NCBI GenBank assembly: GCA_049724395.1
Contig: JAUGWO010000045.1
Span: 186,001 to 250,000 of the forward strand
Reading direction: 5' to 3'
DNA from: Spongospora subterranea f. sp. subterranea
Taxonomy: Eukaryota
Length of the DNA stretch: 64,000 nucleotides
Positions 52,620 to 64,000 of the stretch are shown one piece after another. The position numbers and the translations under genes are program-made. The first letter of the stretch is position 1, and each line of letters opens with the position of its first letter. The notes below the pieces were generated by a model that was not told where the DNA came from, made no database searches, and saw only the letters and a list, made by a program, of their open reading frames with translations.

Positions 52620-54523
52620 ATGGGAGTCATTGGGATCGACAGGGGTGAGGACGATCCATTTGAGATTGACACTTCGCTATTCGCCTGGGTGGATGTTCTG
52701 CATCCGTCTGATGGATGGCTGGAAGCTCAGGTCGTTAGTGTCGACCATGATCGGCGTCGTATTCATTACAAAGGGTGTGCGATGTTCTTCGATGCAAGTG
52801 AGTAATCTAACGGTGATTAGCTTGGTAGGAGTTTTATGATGAATGGCTTCATAAGGACTCATCACGGATATCTCGTCTGCATTCCCATACACCTAGCTTC
52901 AATTTCGACAACGAACAGGTTTTGGTCTTGAGCTTGGGCGCTTTATACCAGTTTTTTATCCAGATGCTTAGGATAATTTCTGGCGCGTATTTGATCGATT
53001 ATCGGTTCTTGACAGTCGTGATCAGTGGTCCCCAGCCGAGGCAAGCTGGATCAGTCTGGATTAAGTGTTTTGTCGATCGTGCTAATTTACCTACCAGGTG
53101 GTTGACGTTGCAGGGTCCAGAATCAAGGTCCACTACTTGAACCATCTGAACCGGTATGATGAATGGATTAATGCCAATTCATATCGTCTAAGGAAGCCGG
53201 ACTCGCGAAAGGCAGAATACCCAGCTCCCCTTCAATGTAATCATTTTTCAGTTTCATTATGGGTTTCTCATGCCTCATTTGCAGCAAGTCCCCGTACTGT
53301 GAATAAGAAGGCACTATTCCGCGCGACAGTTCAAGATGAGGTAATGCTTCCGCCGCCGATTTCATCCGGTCTCATATTCACATCCCAGGATAATTTTCGA
53401 ACGTTGTTACGAGCCAAGCTGGACGCCGAAATTGTTGAGATGGATTACGACGGCAACTGTCTTTTCCGAGCTATCAGCCATCAAGTTTATGGAGATCCTC
53501 GTCATCATTTTGCAATTCGAAATTATTGCTGTGACTACATGGTAGAGATGATTTTCGTGTATTTCCTGTTACACTTTCGTACCTATTAAATGTTATTAGG
53601 AACGAGAGCAAGATTTTTTTTCGAATTATGTCACAACCGATGACTTTGGCGAATATTTGGCAAGAATGAGGTGTGATGGCATATGGGGCGACCATCTTGA
53701 AATTCAAGCCATGTCAGAAATATATGAGCGCCCTATTCTTGTGTATGCATATTCTGCAGGTGTTTATCACGTCTGATGCGCAAGGTGTGTTTGAGTTCAA
53801 CCTTTATCATAGATCCTATGAAGTCATATTCGAATCAGTTTTCTGCTGCTCCTCCTATTAGGATATCCTATCACTTTGAGTCGCACTATAACTCAATTGT
53901 AATCCGTCCTCCAGCTTCGGGTATATGTCGCGCCGACACGTCTTGACTCGTTCTGATAGCCTGGATAGTGTCGATGCCACAGTTGTCGGTTCTTGAGCGG
54001 AAAGCACTGTCGCGACCATCAAATCGGATACAGGAACAAATTACCAATTTAAACGAAAGAATAGATTCGATGGAGGTTGAGAGTGCCATTAACGAAAGTC
54101 TGACCATGGTCATGGAAGAAGAATGCAAGATGGCTTCATTGATTGAAATGGATGCTGTTGATGATCTCAAAACAGCGCTTGACGAGAGCAGGAGAGCCCA
54201 AGAGGTACGCTTCCCTATTTGTCTTCCTGTCCGCCGATATAACTCGTTTTCAGGCGTCGGATAGCGTGATGCTCAGAGAAGCATTGGCACTTTCTTCAAT
54301 GGATGTCTCCAATGTCGACGAATTCCCCTACCCTATTCAATACTGTCACATCGAGTTGAACTTTCCCCTGGATATATGTGTGGCAGTAAGTATCTAAATC
54401 TGTTGTTATCTTTCCATACATTGTTGATTCTATGCGCAGGCATATCAAACATTAGAAAATCTGCTAGGTAACGATGAGGCAATAATCGAGCAGATGATTA
54501 GCTGGATATTAGATCAAGGGTAG
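52620..54523 (+). CDS. OTU deubiquitinase (OTUD5-like) with two N-terminal Tudor/Agenet/chromo-barrel-like repeats, UIM-like helices and a C-terminal UBA-like segment
   Basis: DGNCLFRAISHQVYGD, WGDHLEIQAMSEIYERPI, IRISYH..HYNSI; repeats WLEAQVV..RIHYKG..YDEW and W..VVDV..IKVHY..YDEWI; DLKTALDES and LREALALS. Confidence 0.88.
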
Positions 54524-54820
54524 TCATACTACCACCGTTGGGTATTATACTAAAATTAACAGGAACTGAAACAAAAATTATATGTGTAATGATATATGGT
54601 GACTTGTTCGAAATCGCATGGTTACCCATATGTAGTCATAATGCAGATTACCCGATTATGCATATATGAGACTACAGGGGTTAGGCTTATCAATTTGCGT
54701 AGCAGAGTTTCATTAAATTAACGTGGAGTATTGCCTCGGGACATTCATTGTCCCTTTGAGACCGAGATGCACACAGTCCTGAAGGTGCTGTACTGTCTTT
54801 TGGCGCAATTTTTTTACGTG

Positions 54821-55991
54821 ATGTCAGCGGCAGGTTCCAAAGCAACGGAAACAATTGATTGGGGCGAACAACCGCCTTTCAAAATCTTATTAGTTAACGA
54901 TGATGGTCCTCCTAGTCCAGCATCTCCGTTTATCTCGACCTTCATCGAGTTGCTATCACTTGCTGTGCCATATGCCAGCATATATGTGTAGGAGGCAACT
55001 CTGACATAGAATCACTAAGCAACAACTAATCAGAGAATATAATCAGCTGTATACCATCCACTCAACAATCGTGGGTGTCAAAGGGGCTCAACCGATTTGG
55101 AACAATCACTTGCAAGCATCTAGAGAAGGGGATCTTCCCATATCCTATATTTTCTGGTCAAGATCTCGTTGGACATGGCCAACTTCCCAACAGGTCTAAC
55201 GCCCAATGCACGATAGTTGATGGTTCTCCAGCAACTTGTGTTTTAATGGCTGTTCATCATCTGTGTCCTTTTCGACCTGATCTCGTCATCTCAGGTATGT
55301 GAAAATTGGTGAAAATCGATACTTTTTTTCTTCAATGCAATTTATATGTGTCGTCAGGTCCCAACTTAGGGCAGAACTGTGGCACATCGTATATGCTGTC
55401 GTCTGGTACTGTATGTCCAACAGCCAAATTACGATCGTAAATCGTCTTATATCCATTCTCAAATAGTTAGCTGGCTCCATCGAATCCTCTTTGCTAAACA
55501 TTCGCGCTATATCTCTTTCCATCGCATATGATCATCTACCAGCTGATTGGACGTCTGAAGAGGAAGGCATTCGCCGCTCTTGTCGCACGCTGATCCGAGC
55601 TGTTGGACGGTTGTGGAAATTCTGGCCTGTCGTCGTCGATCGCCTACTATACAACGTCAACGTTAAGTATGAATGCCACCCGAATCCTCAAGTACTTCGA
55701 TCATTTTTTTGTACATATGAGGTTAAGTTTTGGTTTTAGATTCGCTTATGCACTGCAGTTGACGAGTCCTATGGTCCATTATTCGCAGAAGTTCATCGCG
55801 GCAGCGATTTCCATAATGATGCTCATCAATCCGAGTATGTTTTTGACAAATGCCTGTTCCGTAATGATAGCCCGCCAGGGTCAGACCGCTGGGCAATCAA
55901 CAACGGGTTCGTTGCTGTCACCCCATTACTGCCCCGGTTTGCAGAACCCGTCCTGCCATCGACACTTGCAGATTGTCTCAATTGCACATAA
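54821..55991 (+). CDS. SurE-like 5'/3'-nucleotidase, multi-exon
   Basis: ILLVNDDGPPSPASPF, IPSTQQSWVSKG, VDGSPATC, DLVISG/PNLGQN..LSSGT, AISLS, YNVNV, DRWAINNGFVAVTPL. Confidence 0.9.
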
Positions 55992-56057
55992 ATATTCATT
56001 GTTTTTAACTATTAATTACCATTACACACTATGCATTGTTCACCAACAAAGTTTCTT

Positions 56058-59000
56058 TCACTTGGATGGATGATCAATTTGTTCTTGAGACCCAAGTACT
56101 CGCTTTCCTTCTATTGTCTGCGCTTGCAATTCCGCATCATCGCTGCTTGGCATCGCGTCGTTAAGTTCTCGCAATCCTTTCTCGAGTGTTGCAAAAATAT
56201 TTGTTTTGTGACCATATCGATCATAAGAGAATGAGACGTCCTCTGAATGAAAGGGTCGAAATACTAAAGCCTTGGCGATATCCACGGCTCGACTACCTCC
56301 CATTTGTATGGAACATGCATCAGATGATAGTTGACTTAATACGTTTTCTTTTGAGCAATGCGTCATCAGTGATAAACGTTCATGGTCAGTCCTTCCAACT
56401 ATTAATTCTGGGAGTACAGGTGATGATAATAATGGCCATAATTGCAAAATGCATTTGCAAAATTCAGCTTTGACAAAGCTATTTGGTGATACCGGAGAGC
56501 TTCCTCGTTTATCGTTTCTGCTGAACGATTTACTGTGAGTAACCCATCTCGCAGCTAATACTGTCAATGCGCCAGGATCATTAACAATCAAGTCAAGAAA
56601 TACCCGAATGTGGATTTCTTGGTGGAGATGAGAATTACCAGGAACGAATGGCTGAGCGCAACGAATTGTGACCTAAAATTAGGCAGCATCACAAACATAG
56701 ATTCGGCTCTGCATGATTGGTTGTGTGAAGCTTACATCAGCCAAAACTTCGATAAATAGGCGAATTATAGTAATCGCTGACATTGGTATGATAACGTCAT
56801 TTGGAATACATAGCGTTTGCTCCTTCTGTTTTGAAGCTATTGGGGTAATTTTAACGGTGATTGTCGGTAAAGGTCTACTCTTAAACAGTGACGTCAACCT
56901 TCTCCAGCCTTCACGACGAGCCAAAATTTCATTCCGATTAATGGCTGACTTGGCTTTGATTGTCCCTCCGGAAATGGGGGTTGTTTCCTATATCACCAAA
57001 TATACTTTAAACCTTTACTTCTCGAACAAAAACAGATCGTTCTTACTATTACGGTCTTGCTAGACAGTTCTCTGGATATGTCGATTGTAGCAAAACCGCA
57101 TGTCATTTCTGATTGTGATCTTGCTTCATCCTCTACCAATATGCACAGTTCCATCAGCAAAAATGTCTGTGCCCGACTTGATTTCACAAGTATAAACTGT
57201 AAGGACGATATTGGGAAGCTAAATGACCAAACGTCCTCTTCTGTTGGACTCCAATGAGCTCGTAATACATATTGATTCGAAGCGGGCGTATCCCCATCAT
57301 ATAGCATTATTCTAACCGTTCTGCTTTGAATCCTGCATTATGTAAGCCATAGAGTAAACAATCAATGACATTTTGAGTACCTATGCCGGTTCATGTTAGG
57401 AATCGGAATACCATTGGCTTTGACCAGTTCAACCTGCAGGCAAACTTCGCAAGCTACTGCAGCCACTTTTAAAGTCCCCTCGGTCAACTTCAGGTCCCCA
57501 AACCTCATGCCAAAGCTTTCTCGAGAAAGTTTTGGAGCGATATGATACGTTGCTGATGCATTTGGTTCCTTCTAACCAAATTATCAGTAACGCTCATAGA
57601 CAGTAATCAACTCAACGATGTACATCTATCTCAGCTAGTACGGAGGCTCTAAAGGTCGATGGCATCATCGAGAATGCGGTGAAGTGTTCAGCTGGACTTG
57701 GAAGATGAGCCCGAAAAAGTTTCCGCGCGAAGCTCCTAGATTTTGGGTCTGGACGATTAAGAAACGAGACGAATTCCCCCCGAAATCGATGATGTTATCT
57801 CCATTACAATCTGCCAAATCAACAAGTTGGTCGACGCCAGCATGCGACAGCTTTGGGAACTGTTTTCTGATGATGAATGCGAACTCTTCCCTAGAAATCT
57901 ACTCATTGGGCTTAATCGAAAATCCAATAATGTGGACAGCTGACTTACTTCTCCGTTGTTATCAGTGTCGGCTCTGGCGAATATTGCCTCTAGATGATGA
58001 AGAGGAACCCCGTTTTTAAACTCGGAAGCATACATTTGCTTGTAATATAAGCAGAATTCATCGAAGTCAATTAGACCGCTCCTATCCACATCAGCGTTGG
58101 AAAATAGATCTTGAATCTGCTGATCATTTGGATCCAGTCCTAATGCTCTTAAAGCTGCTGATAGCTCTGATACAGCAATTGCACCATCCCCATCAATGTC
58201 GAATATTTGAAGAAAAGTTTTGAATACTTCTTCAAGATATGCTATGTCATCATCGTCTAACTCAATTTCTTCGTTCACTAATTGTTTTGGTACCGTAACT
58301 GTCAAAGCAGACCTCTCAGGATCAAGACGATGTGGAGGAGACACTGAACGTCTTGTATCTAAACTACGGTGAGCGATACCATGCGTGTTTTGAACAGGCG
58401 AGATGGTTGACACAGGTTTCAACTCAGACCGCAAATTCAGGTCTGGCGCGTCAGATGCGATTTCCAATTCGTCCAAAGTCGGACCTCGAGCCAGATGGGG
58501 CCGATTCAGCGTCCGAGGTGGTGCAGGATTTGCAGAAACTTCTTCGTCGACAGGGATTGAAAGAGTTGGAAGTTGAAACGTACGAGTGTTGGCGATATCG
58601 AAGCGGACAGACATAGTCCGTTGTTTAGGTTGTTCAACTGGAGCATTACGTTCAGCTTCGCGTGGCACTTGAAGATGATTGACGGATGGCTTTAAGTTTG
58701 TTCGCGGTGTTGCTAAGTTGTTGATCGTCTGGATTGTTGCAGGACTATCAGACACACCTTTACGGTTTTGCGTACTTGCAATATGGTCACCCTGTTTTTC
58801 TGAATTGGGAGATTGTTCACTATCGGAAGGATTTTCATATCCCAAAAGATCGTAAACAGCCTGCAACACAACTTAGTAACCATTATCAGTATGACCTTAG
58901 CGATGATAGCACTGACTGCGAAATCGAAGTCGTCCTTAGAGGTGAGTGCCACCATTTTGGACAGATACTGAATCAATTCAGGAACTGTTGATTGTCCAGT

Positions 59001-59351
59001 GAGAGAGCAGACTCGCTGTCTGGATTCGGGAGAAAGGCCATCAAGCAAATCGTTAAGATGCGTAATCACGTATGCATCAATCGCCCCAATCACGTCGACA
59101 AACGCGACAAAATCGGTAAAGTCTAAAGACGGTTTTCCTTTGTCTTTGACTTGCCCCTCAAGAATTTGGGACACCATCGAACTACTGAAACTGTAGCTGA
59201 GATCGGCAATGCATTGCTGCGCCCGTCTCGGGCTGAGTAAACCGCTATCGTCACTGAGATACTCCTGGAACGTGCGCTGCAATTCTCCCATCTCTTCGTC
59301 GGTATAGTCGACCTTTGGCATCACCGATAACCGCTTGACCATGGTTTCCAT
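56058..59351 (-). CDS. NPHP1: Nephrocystin-1 (NPHP1)-like protein with N-terminal EF-hand domains
   Basis: C-terminal half resembles NPHP1: SRTVRIMLYDG..SNQYVLRAHW..VWSFS, LLMELCI, EMTCGF, IPNDVI, LPLLSSPVLP-like, FRPFHSED. EF-hands FDIDGDGAIAVSEL, DVDRSGLIDFDEF, DTDNNGE, DCNGDNIIDFGEF-like. Confidence 0.8.
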
Positions 59352-59486
59352 GGTCGTCGCTATTTCGTGGATATTCTCGTCGTAGTGGATTTCGTCCCGA
59401 ATCGATAACCGAATGAATCGTTATCTATTCTAAATCCCCAGAATCAGTCACCTTTCCACAGTTACAACTGCTGCTTGTGTTACACA

Positions 59487-59520
59487 CAGTGTCACATGCA
59501 CTTCCTATCAGTGTCACATG
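59487..59520. repeat. 12-bp direct repeat in the divergent promoter region between the NPHP1-like gene and ORF 59518/mL41
   Basis: cagtgtcacatg at 59487-59498 and 59509-59520. Confidence 0.7.
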
Positions 59521-59836
59521 ACGAATTGCATGACGACGACTGTTGACGCATCACAACTCGGTGTTGTTGTTGCACATCCAAACGTAATCCGAGTGATGTT
59601 TCATTTAACAAAAGAGGTCGATCACGAAGCATCAACACCGCATGGTGATTATCATTATGATATCGTCAGTCAAAAGGACAAACGGCTTTACATTGACGAG
59701 GAGAATGCTCTCCAGATCATTCGCTGGTATCGTCCTCCCCGTGTCGTCCCGCCTGTCCGTCGCGGACACGGCAAGTTTCAGAAAGGATACCTAAACCCGG
59801 GCAAGGATCACGACGTAGGCAAGCCGAAGCGAAGAT

Positions 59837-60149
59837 ATGATGGCCATATTGAGAGGTCTGTTCCGATCCAGAAAGACTAAAAATCTAAGAGGGAACATGA
59901 TTCCGAAACGAGGGAATAAACAGTTTTATAAAGGCAAAGGATGTATGAAGACGGGAAAAATTAGCAAAAAAGGCAACTATCGTCATATAATGCTTGCGTT
60001 TTCTCTGCATTAACTGCTCAACAGGTATATTTTTAGCCTATCCAGACCTTGATAAGATGCTAGACCTGAAAGTCCCGGATCTAACTGGATTTAAGTTGAA
60101 GGCATACGTCTCCCACGAAACCCCGCTCGCCCCTAAACCTGTAAATTGA
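59837..60149 (+). CDS. MRPL41: Mitochondrial ribosomal protein mL41 (MRPL41/YmL27), 2 exons with a GC-AG intron; absent from the ORF track
   Basis: MMAILRGLFRSRK..PKRGNKQFYKGKGCMKTG..KG/IF..VPDLTGFKLKAYVS; intron 59973-60024 (AAG|gcaact...caacag). Confidence 0.88.
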
Positions 60150-60301
60150 GCAACATCGCTTGAATACAGAAATCATCCCCTGAAAATCTCAACTACCACC
60201 TAGATCTTTACACTTGTATACAATAATAACTACAGAGAATTTATAAATACGGTTAAATACGTCGAGCAGAAATTGGGATTCATTGGACCTTGTCAGAGCA
60301 G

Positions 60302-61633
60302 TTACTCGCTCAACGAGATCGAGTCGAATTCCAAGGAAGCGTTATCCTGTGGATCGGACATGTTTGAAATGGGATGGACTGCTGAATGATCGGCTTCCAG
60401 GTCGTAGATATCCCTATCCTCAGACTCGAATGCATATCCACCGGTGACAATCGGAGGGAATCGATCCTGCTTCCTGTACACCTTGTAGACGAACACGATG
60501 GCGATGGCACATAATCCCCCTCCAATCCCGATCGCATATGGCGCATAAGCGGCCGATGAACCAGATGATGATTCTGCCGGATCCGATGAAGAAGGTGGAG
60601 TCGTTTGCGAATCCCACGATGGAGGTGAAGTCGTTGGATAGGCGCCCGTGCTACTTGACGATGAAGGCACCGGCGTCGACAGCACCATCGTAGTCGGGAT
60701 TGCGGTAGGATCTGAGCTGGCACTCAACGATGGTGGTGATAATGACGAACTCGGGGCTGGAGTCGTTAATGGTGATGGCGAACTCGGGACTGGAGTTGGC
60801 GATGGCGAACTCGGCATGAGAGACGCGTCGTTCGGTATTGAATCAACTCCATTTCGACATAGATTGGAAATGGATTCGGCCTCAGCATCGGATCCAGCGT
60901 AGAATAATCGTTTAAACTGATGAGTAGTGACAGCAACGACCTCTTGATACGACATGATTTCTGCAATGATAGCTCTGGTTGTGCTCATACCAAACTCGGA
61001 TATCAACCTCGACAGCGACAATACCATTGGGGACCGTTTCCCGTTGTAATTTCTGGAGAATATCGACCGGAGCGATGCCCGAGACAGAGAGCCGTTGACG
61101 GCCGGATTGAACATTGGAACCTGGACCAGGTCGTGATCAAGGTAGGGCCAGGATCTGCTGGGTTCGACCACAGCTCGCGAGGTCTCGTATAGCAATCCCA
61201 CTTTCATCACCATGGCATGGATCGCCGGATTAGCAATGACCGGGGGCGATCGGATTCCAGTAACTGTGGTCATCTCACTGAAACACGCCATATCGCGGTT
61301 GAGCTGATTGTCATCTGTGTAGTCGAGGCCGATTTCGTGGCCAGCGGCAACGACTTCCCTTGCGTGGGCGTGCGATTCTGAACACCCTCGGGCAAACCAT
61401 GTGATATTGATTGCGGGCGAACACGATAGTTCTCCATTTCTTATTCCATCTAGAACTCTCAGATTGGATAATGACGCATCGTCGATCAGACCTTCAAGTG
61501 TGAAGGCGACCAGCTGGGGACGATTGATCCATGGGTAGGACATTCCATGATCAGCGGCGACCATCGCATACGACAATGCCAACAGTACCCACATCGATGC
61601 GGATAGGATTCGCCGCGCAGGCTGAATCATCAT
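60302..61633 (-). CDS. Membrane-anchored, catalytically degenerate CE4 (chitin deacetylase-like) protein: signal peptide, NodB-like barrel, Ser/Pro/Thr stalk, TM, acidic cytoplasmic tail
   Basis: PQLVAFTLEG (cf. PQMI.ITFDD), ITWF, GHEIGLDYT (cf. GHEIAxHS/TxxH), GIRSP, LYETS, WPYLD, VQVPM, FSRNYNGKRSP (cf. F.RHY..NRAP), EVVAVT; TM AIGIGGGLCAIAIVFVY followed by KVYRK. Confidence 0.8.
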   Translation of the reverse strand: MMIQPARRILSASMWVLLALSYAMVAADHGMSYPWINRPQLVAFTLEGLIDDASLSNLRVLDGIRNGELSCSPAINITWFARGCSESHAHAREVVAAGHEIGLDYTDDNQLNRDMACFSEMTTVTGIRSPPVIANPAIHAMVMKVGLLYETSRAVVEPSRSWPYLDHDLVQVPMFNPAVNGSLSRASLRSIFSRNYNGKRSPMVLSLSRLISEFGMSTTRAIIAEIMSYQEVVAVTTHQFKRLFYAGSDAEAESISNLCRNGVDSIPNDASLMPSSPSPTPVPSSPSPLTTPAPSSSLSPPSLSASSDPTAIPTTMVLSTPVPSSSSSTGAYPTTSPPSWDSQTTPPSSSDPAESSSGSSAAYAPYAIGIGGGLCAIAIVFVYKVYRKQDRFPPIVTGGYAFESEDRDIYDLEADHSAVHPISNMSDPQDNASLEFDSISLSE

Positions 61634-62195
61634 TGCCAGGTTTGGGACTGCGGGTTTGGATATATATAATTTACGATTACTTGCTTTGGCTTATTTGCCC
61701 CCTTGATTATCTGGGGAACACAGGGAATTGATATAAATGAGTCAACCCATTTGACTCACACTGGTCCAATCATCAGGTTTAGCCTTTGTGGACCCTTGTA
61801 TCTTAGGGCGAACGAACCCAACAAACCTCCTGGTCACCAGTCGATATCTCCCCATCATTGATCTGAGAAGGATGTGCCAGAGCCCTCCTGAGAATGACAT
61901 CTCCTCCGATTTAGGGGCAGTAAAAGAGATATGACAAAGCGACTGGAATGTCAGGGCGACGGTCGGTTGGCAAACGGTCCACAGCCACCCGTGTGAGTGT
62001 GTGAATATCTTTTGGGTCGTCTCTGTCTGGGGATTTGCCCTGTCTGGGCGATTCTGGGACCATGCAACGGGTCTGCCAAACCAGTCTGCCAAACCAACTA
62101 CTTATTTGACATTTGGCACGCGCCGCCGTCCTAGTATCGAGGGCTGGTGATTGTCGGGTTGGTCACACCTCTGGACCGCTCATCGTTGGTACGCG

Positions 62196-64000
62196 ATGGT
62201 CGTGAACGATCAACGGTATCCTGTATCGGGCCAGTCCATGGCCGTTCAATCCGGATATGATGTCAACGAAAGTCTGGTCTATACCCCAATTATGACGTCG
62301 AATCCACTAGAGGTAGTTGGTACAGCAACTTCTGAATATCGAATAAATTCTGAGTAAATTGACGTAGTTTGACAAATTGGGATACAAGTGCCGTTTTGCG
62401 TCCGATAATACGGTGGCGTTCATCGTTATCACTATGTACAATGAGGGCCCTGAAGAGCTGACCACAACCCTTCGGGGGGTGTGCGAGAACGTCAAGGCGT
62501 TCGTCGACAGGGAGGACGACAAACAGTTCTGGAAAAGGATCGCCGTTTGCATCGTGTCCGATGGGCGAGGCAACGCGTCGCAGGAGACGCTGGATTGGGC
62601 AACGGAACGGGGGCTGTTCAGCCAGGACGATGTCGACCGGCAGCTCAACAAGGACGCTGACGTGGGCGTCCATCTGTTCGAAAGCACCATCATGTGGACC
62701 GAGGAAACCGAGGCGACCTCCAAGTACCCACCAATACAGATCATGATGGCGCTGAAAGAGCGGAATGGAGGGAAGATCGACAGTCATTACTGGTTCTTTT
62801 CCGCATTCGCAGCGCAGATCAAGCCGGAATACTGCTTCCTTTTGGACGTGGGGACAAGGCCAATGCCCAAGGCTCTGTACTTCCTGTGGGAGACGATGTC
62901 TCGCAACACCCAAATGTTGGTCAATCTCAATAACTTCGCTCCTGGACCCATTATGGCAATCTGACCCTTTGCCGATTCAGAGGTGGGTGCTGCGGTGAGA
63001 TCAGCACCATGTCCAAGTTCTCCTGTAATCTGATCCTATCCGGTCAGACGTTCGAGTACAAGGTCAGCAACTACCTCGACAAGGCCACCGAATCCGTGTG
63101 CGGGTACATCAGCGTCCTTCCTGGGGCGTTCTCGGCGTATCGATTCGCGGCGTTGACCGGATCCCCGCTCCAGAAATACTTCCACCACATTGCCACACCC
63201 ATGGATAAACTCACCCCGTTCGAGGCCAATCAATATCTCGCCGAGGATCGCATCCTCTGTTTCGAGATCTTGGCCAAAGCCGGCTGTGATTACACTCTTC
63301 ATTACGACAGGTAAGCGGGGGGGAAATCGCTTCGAATTGGGCCCGCGAATTCGACGAATCGCTAACCACGATCTCGTCCCTAGGCGAGCGGTGGCCAAGA
63401 CCGATGCCCCAACCGAATTGGTCGATCTGATCAAGCAACGCAGGAGATGGTTGAACGGGAGCTTATTGGCCACGTTCTATACTGTGATCAATACCGGCAG
63501 ATTTCTCAAGAACACGTCGCACACTCCAAAACGGAAATTTGTCATCACGATGCAGTTCCTTTACTATATCTTCCAGTTATTGGTGAGTTCCCGCTCGTCG
63601 TTGATCATGCTCAATCGCCATTGAATCGCTCCATGGCGTATCAGATGACCTGGTTTATTGTAGCGAACGTCTACTTGACGTTCTCGTTCTCACTGATTGT
63701 GATCCTGGGTCGGGATCACGTCCTCTTCGCGATTCTGCGATATATTTTCATCGGGCTCGTGATCACCCAGTTCGTTCTCGGCCTAGGTCAGCCTGAATAA
63801 CCGGGCTCCGATATGGGTTTTTCCTCATCTGTTGTTGCCGGAATCTTCAATGTCAGGCAATCGTCCAGGGTCGGTCAAGATGATGTACATGGGATGCGCC
63901 GTCCTGTGGTCGTTCATATTTCTGTTGACCACCGCCTTATCGATCTACACGCTGGCGATCGCACGCATCAACCCCTACCTACTGATCGTGGTTTTCATCC
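62196..64000 (+). CDS. CHS: Chitin synthase (division 1/oomycete-like GT2), multi-exon, runs off the window end
   Basis: ITMYNE, VCIVSDGR, LKERNGGKIDSH, LLDVGT, GGCCGEI, FEYKVSNYLDK..ES..GYISVLPGAFSAYR, YLAEDRILCFE, TDAP, QRRRWLNGS, then TM helices. Confidence 0.97.

Noticed and set aside
21535..59351. Ciliary gene cluster (INPP5E-like, lebercilin-like, IFT46, NPHP1)
   Set aside because: Dispersed over 38 kb among housekeeping genes; no shared upstream motif seen.
62290..62913. 207-aa minus-strand ORF
   Set aside because: Antisense to chitin synthase exon 2.

Overview
Gene-dense eukaryotic nuclear DNA (roughly 45% GC by eye, short ~50-60 nt spliceosomal introns, very short intergenic gaps). 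It holds about 30 protein-coding genes, one tRNA-Ser, a decayed class-3 lipase and a probable Ty3/Gypsy relic. Flagellar genes (IFT46, NPHP1-like, INPP5E-like, lebercilin-like) plus chitin synthase point to a zoosporic chitin-making protist, most plausibly a plasmodiophorid (Phytomyxea); this is inference, not an identification. Main findings: (1) a chitin 'pseudo-enzyme' theme, with a full-length chitin-synthase homolog that has lost every catalytic motif (131-2513), and an intact chitin synthase (62196 onward) head-to-head with a catalytically dead, membrane-anchored CE4/chitin-deacetylase-like protein (60302-61633); (2) an NPHP1 homolog with N-terminal EF-hands; (3) a SEC12-like gene with a very long acidic lumenal tail; (4) genes the ORF track missed, namely MOCS2A (di-glycine on a 10-nt terminal coding exon) and mL41 (GC-AG intron); (5) about eight single-base +1 insertions breaking conserved genes and the tRNA, most likely assembly errors. 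All homology calls come from motif recognition by eye, with no database searches. Exon boundaries are manual and approximate.
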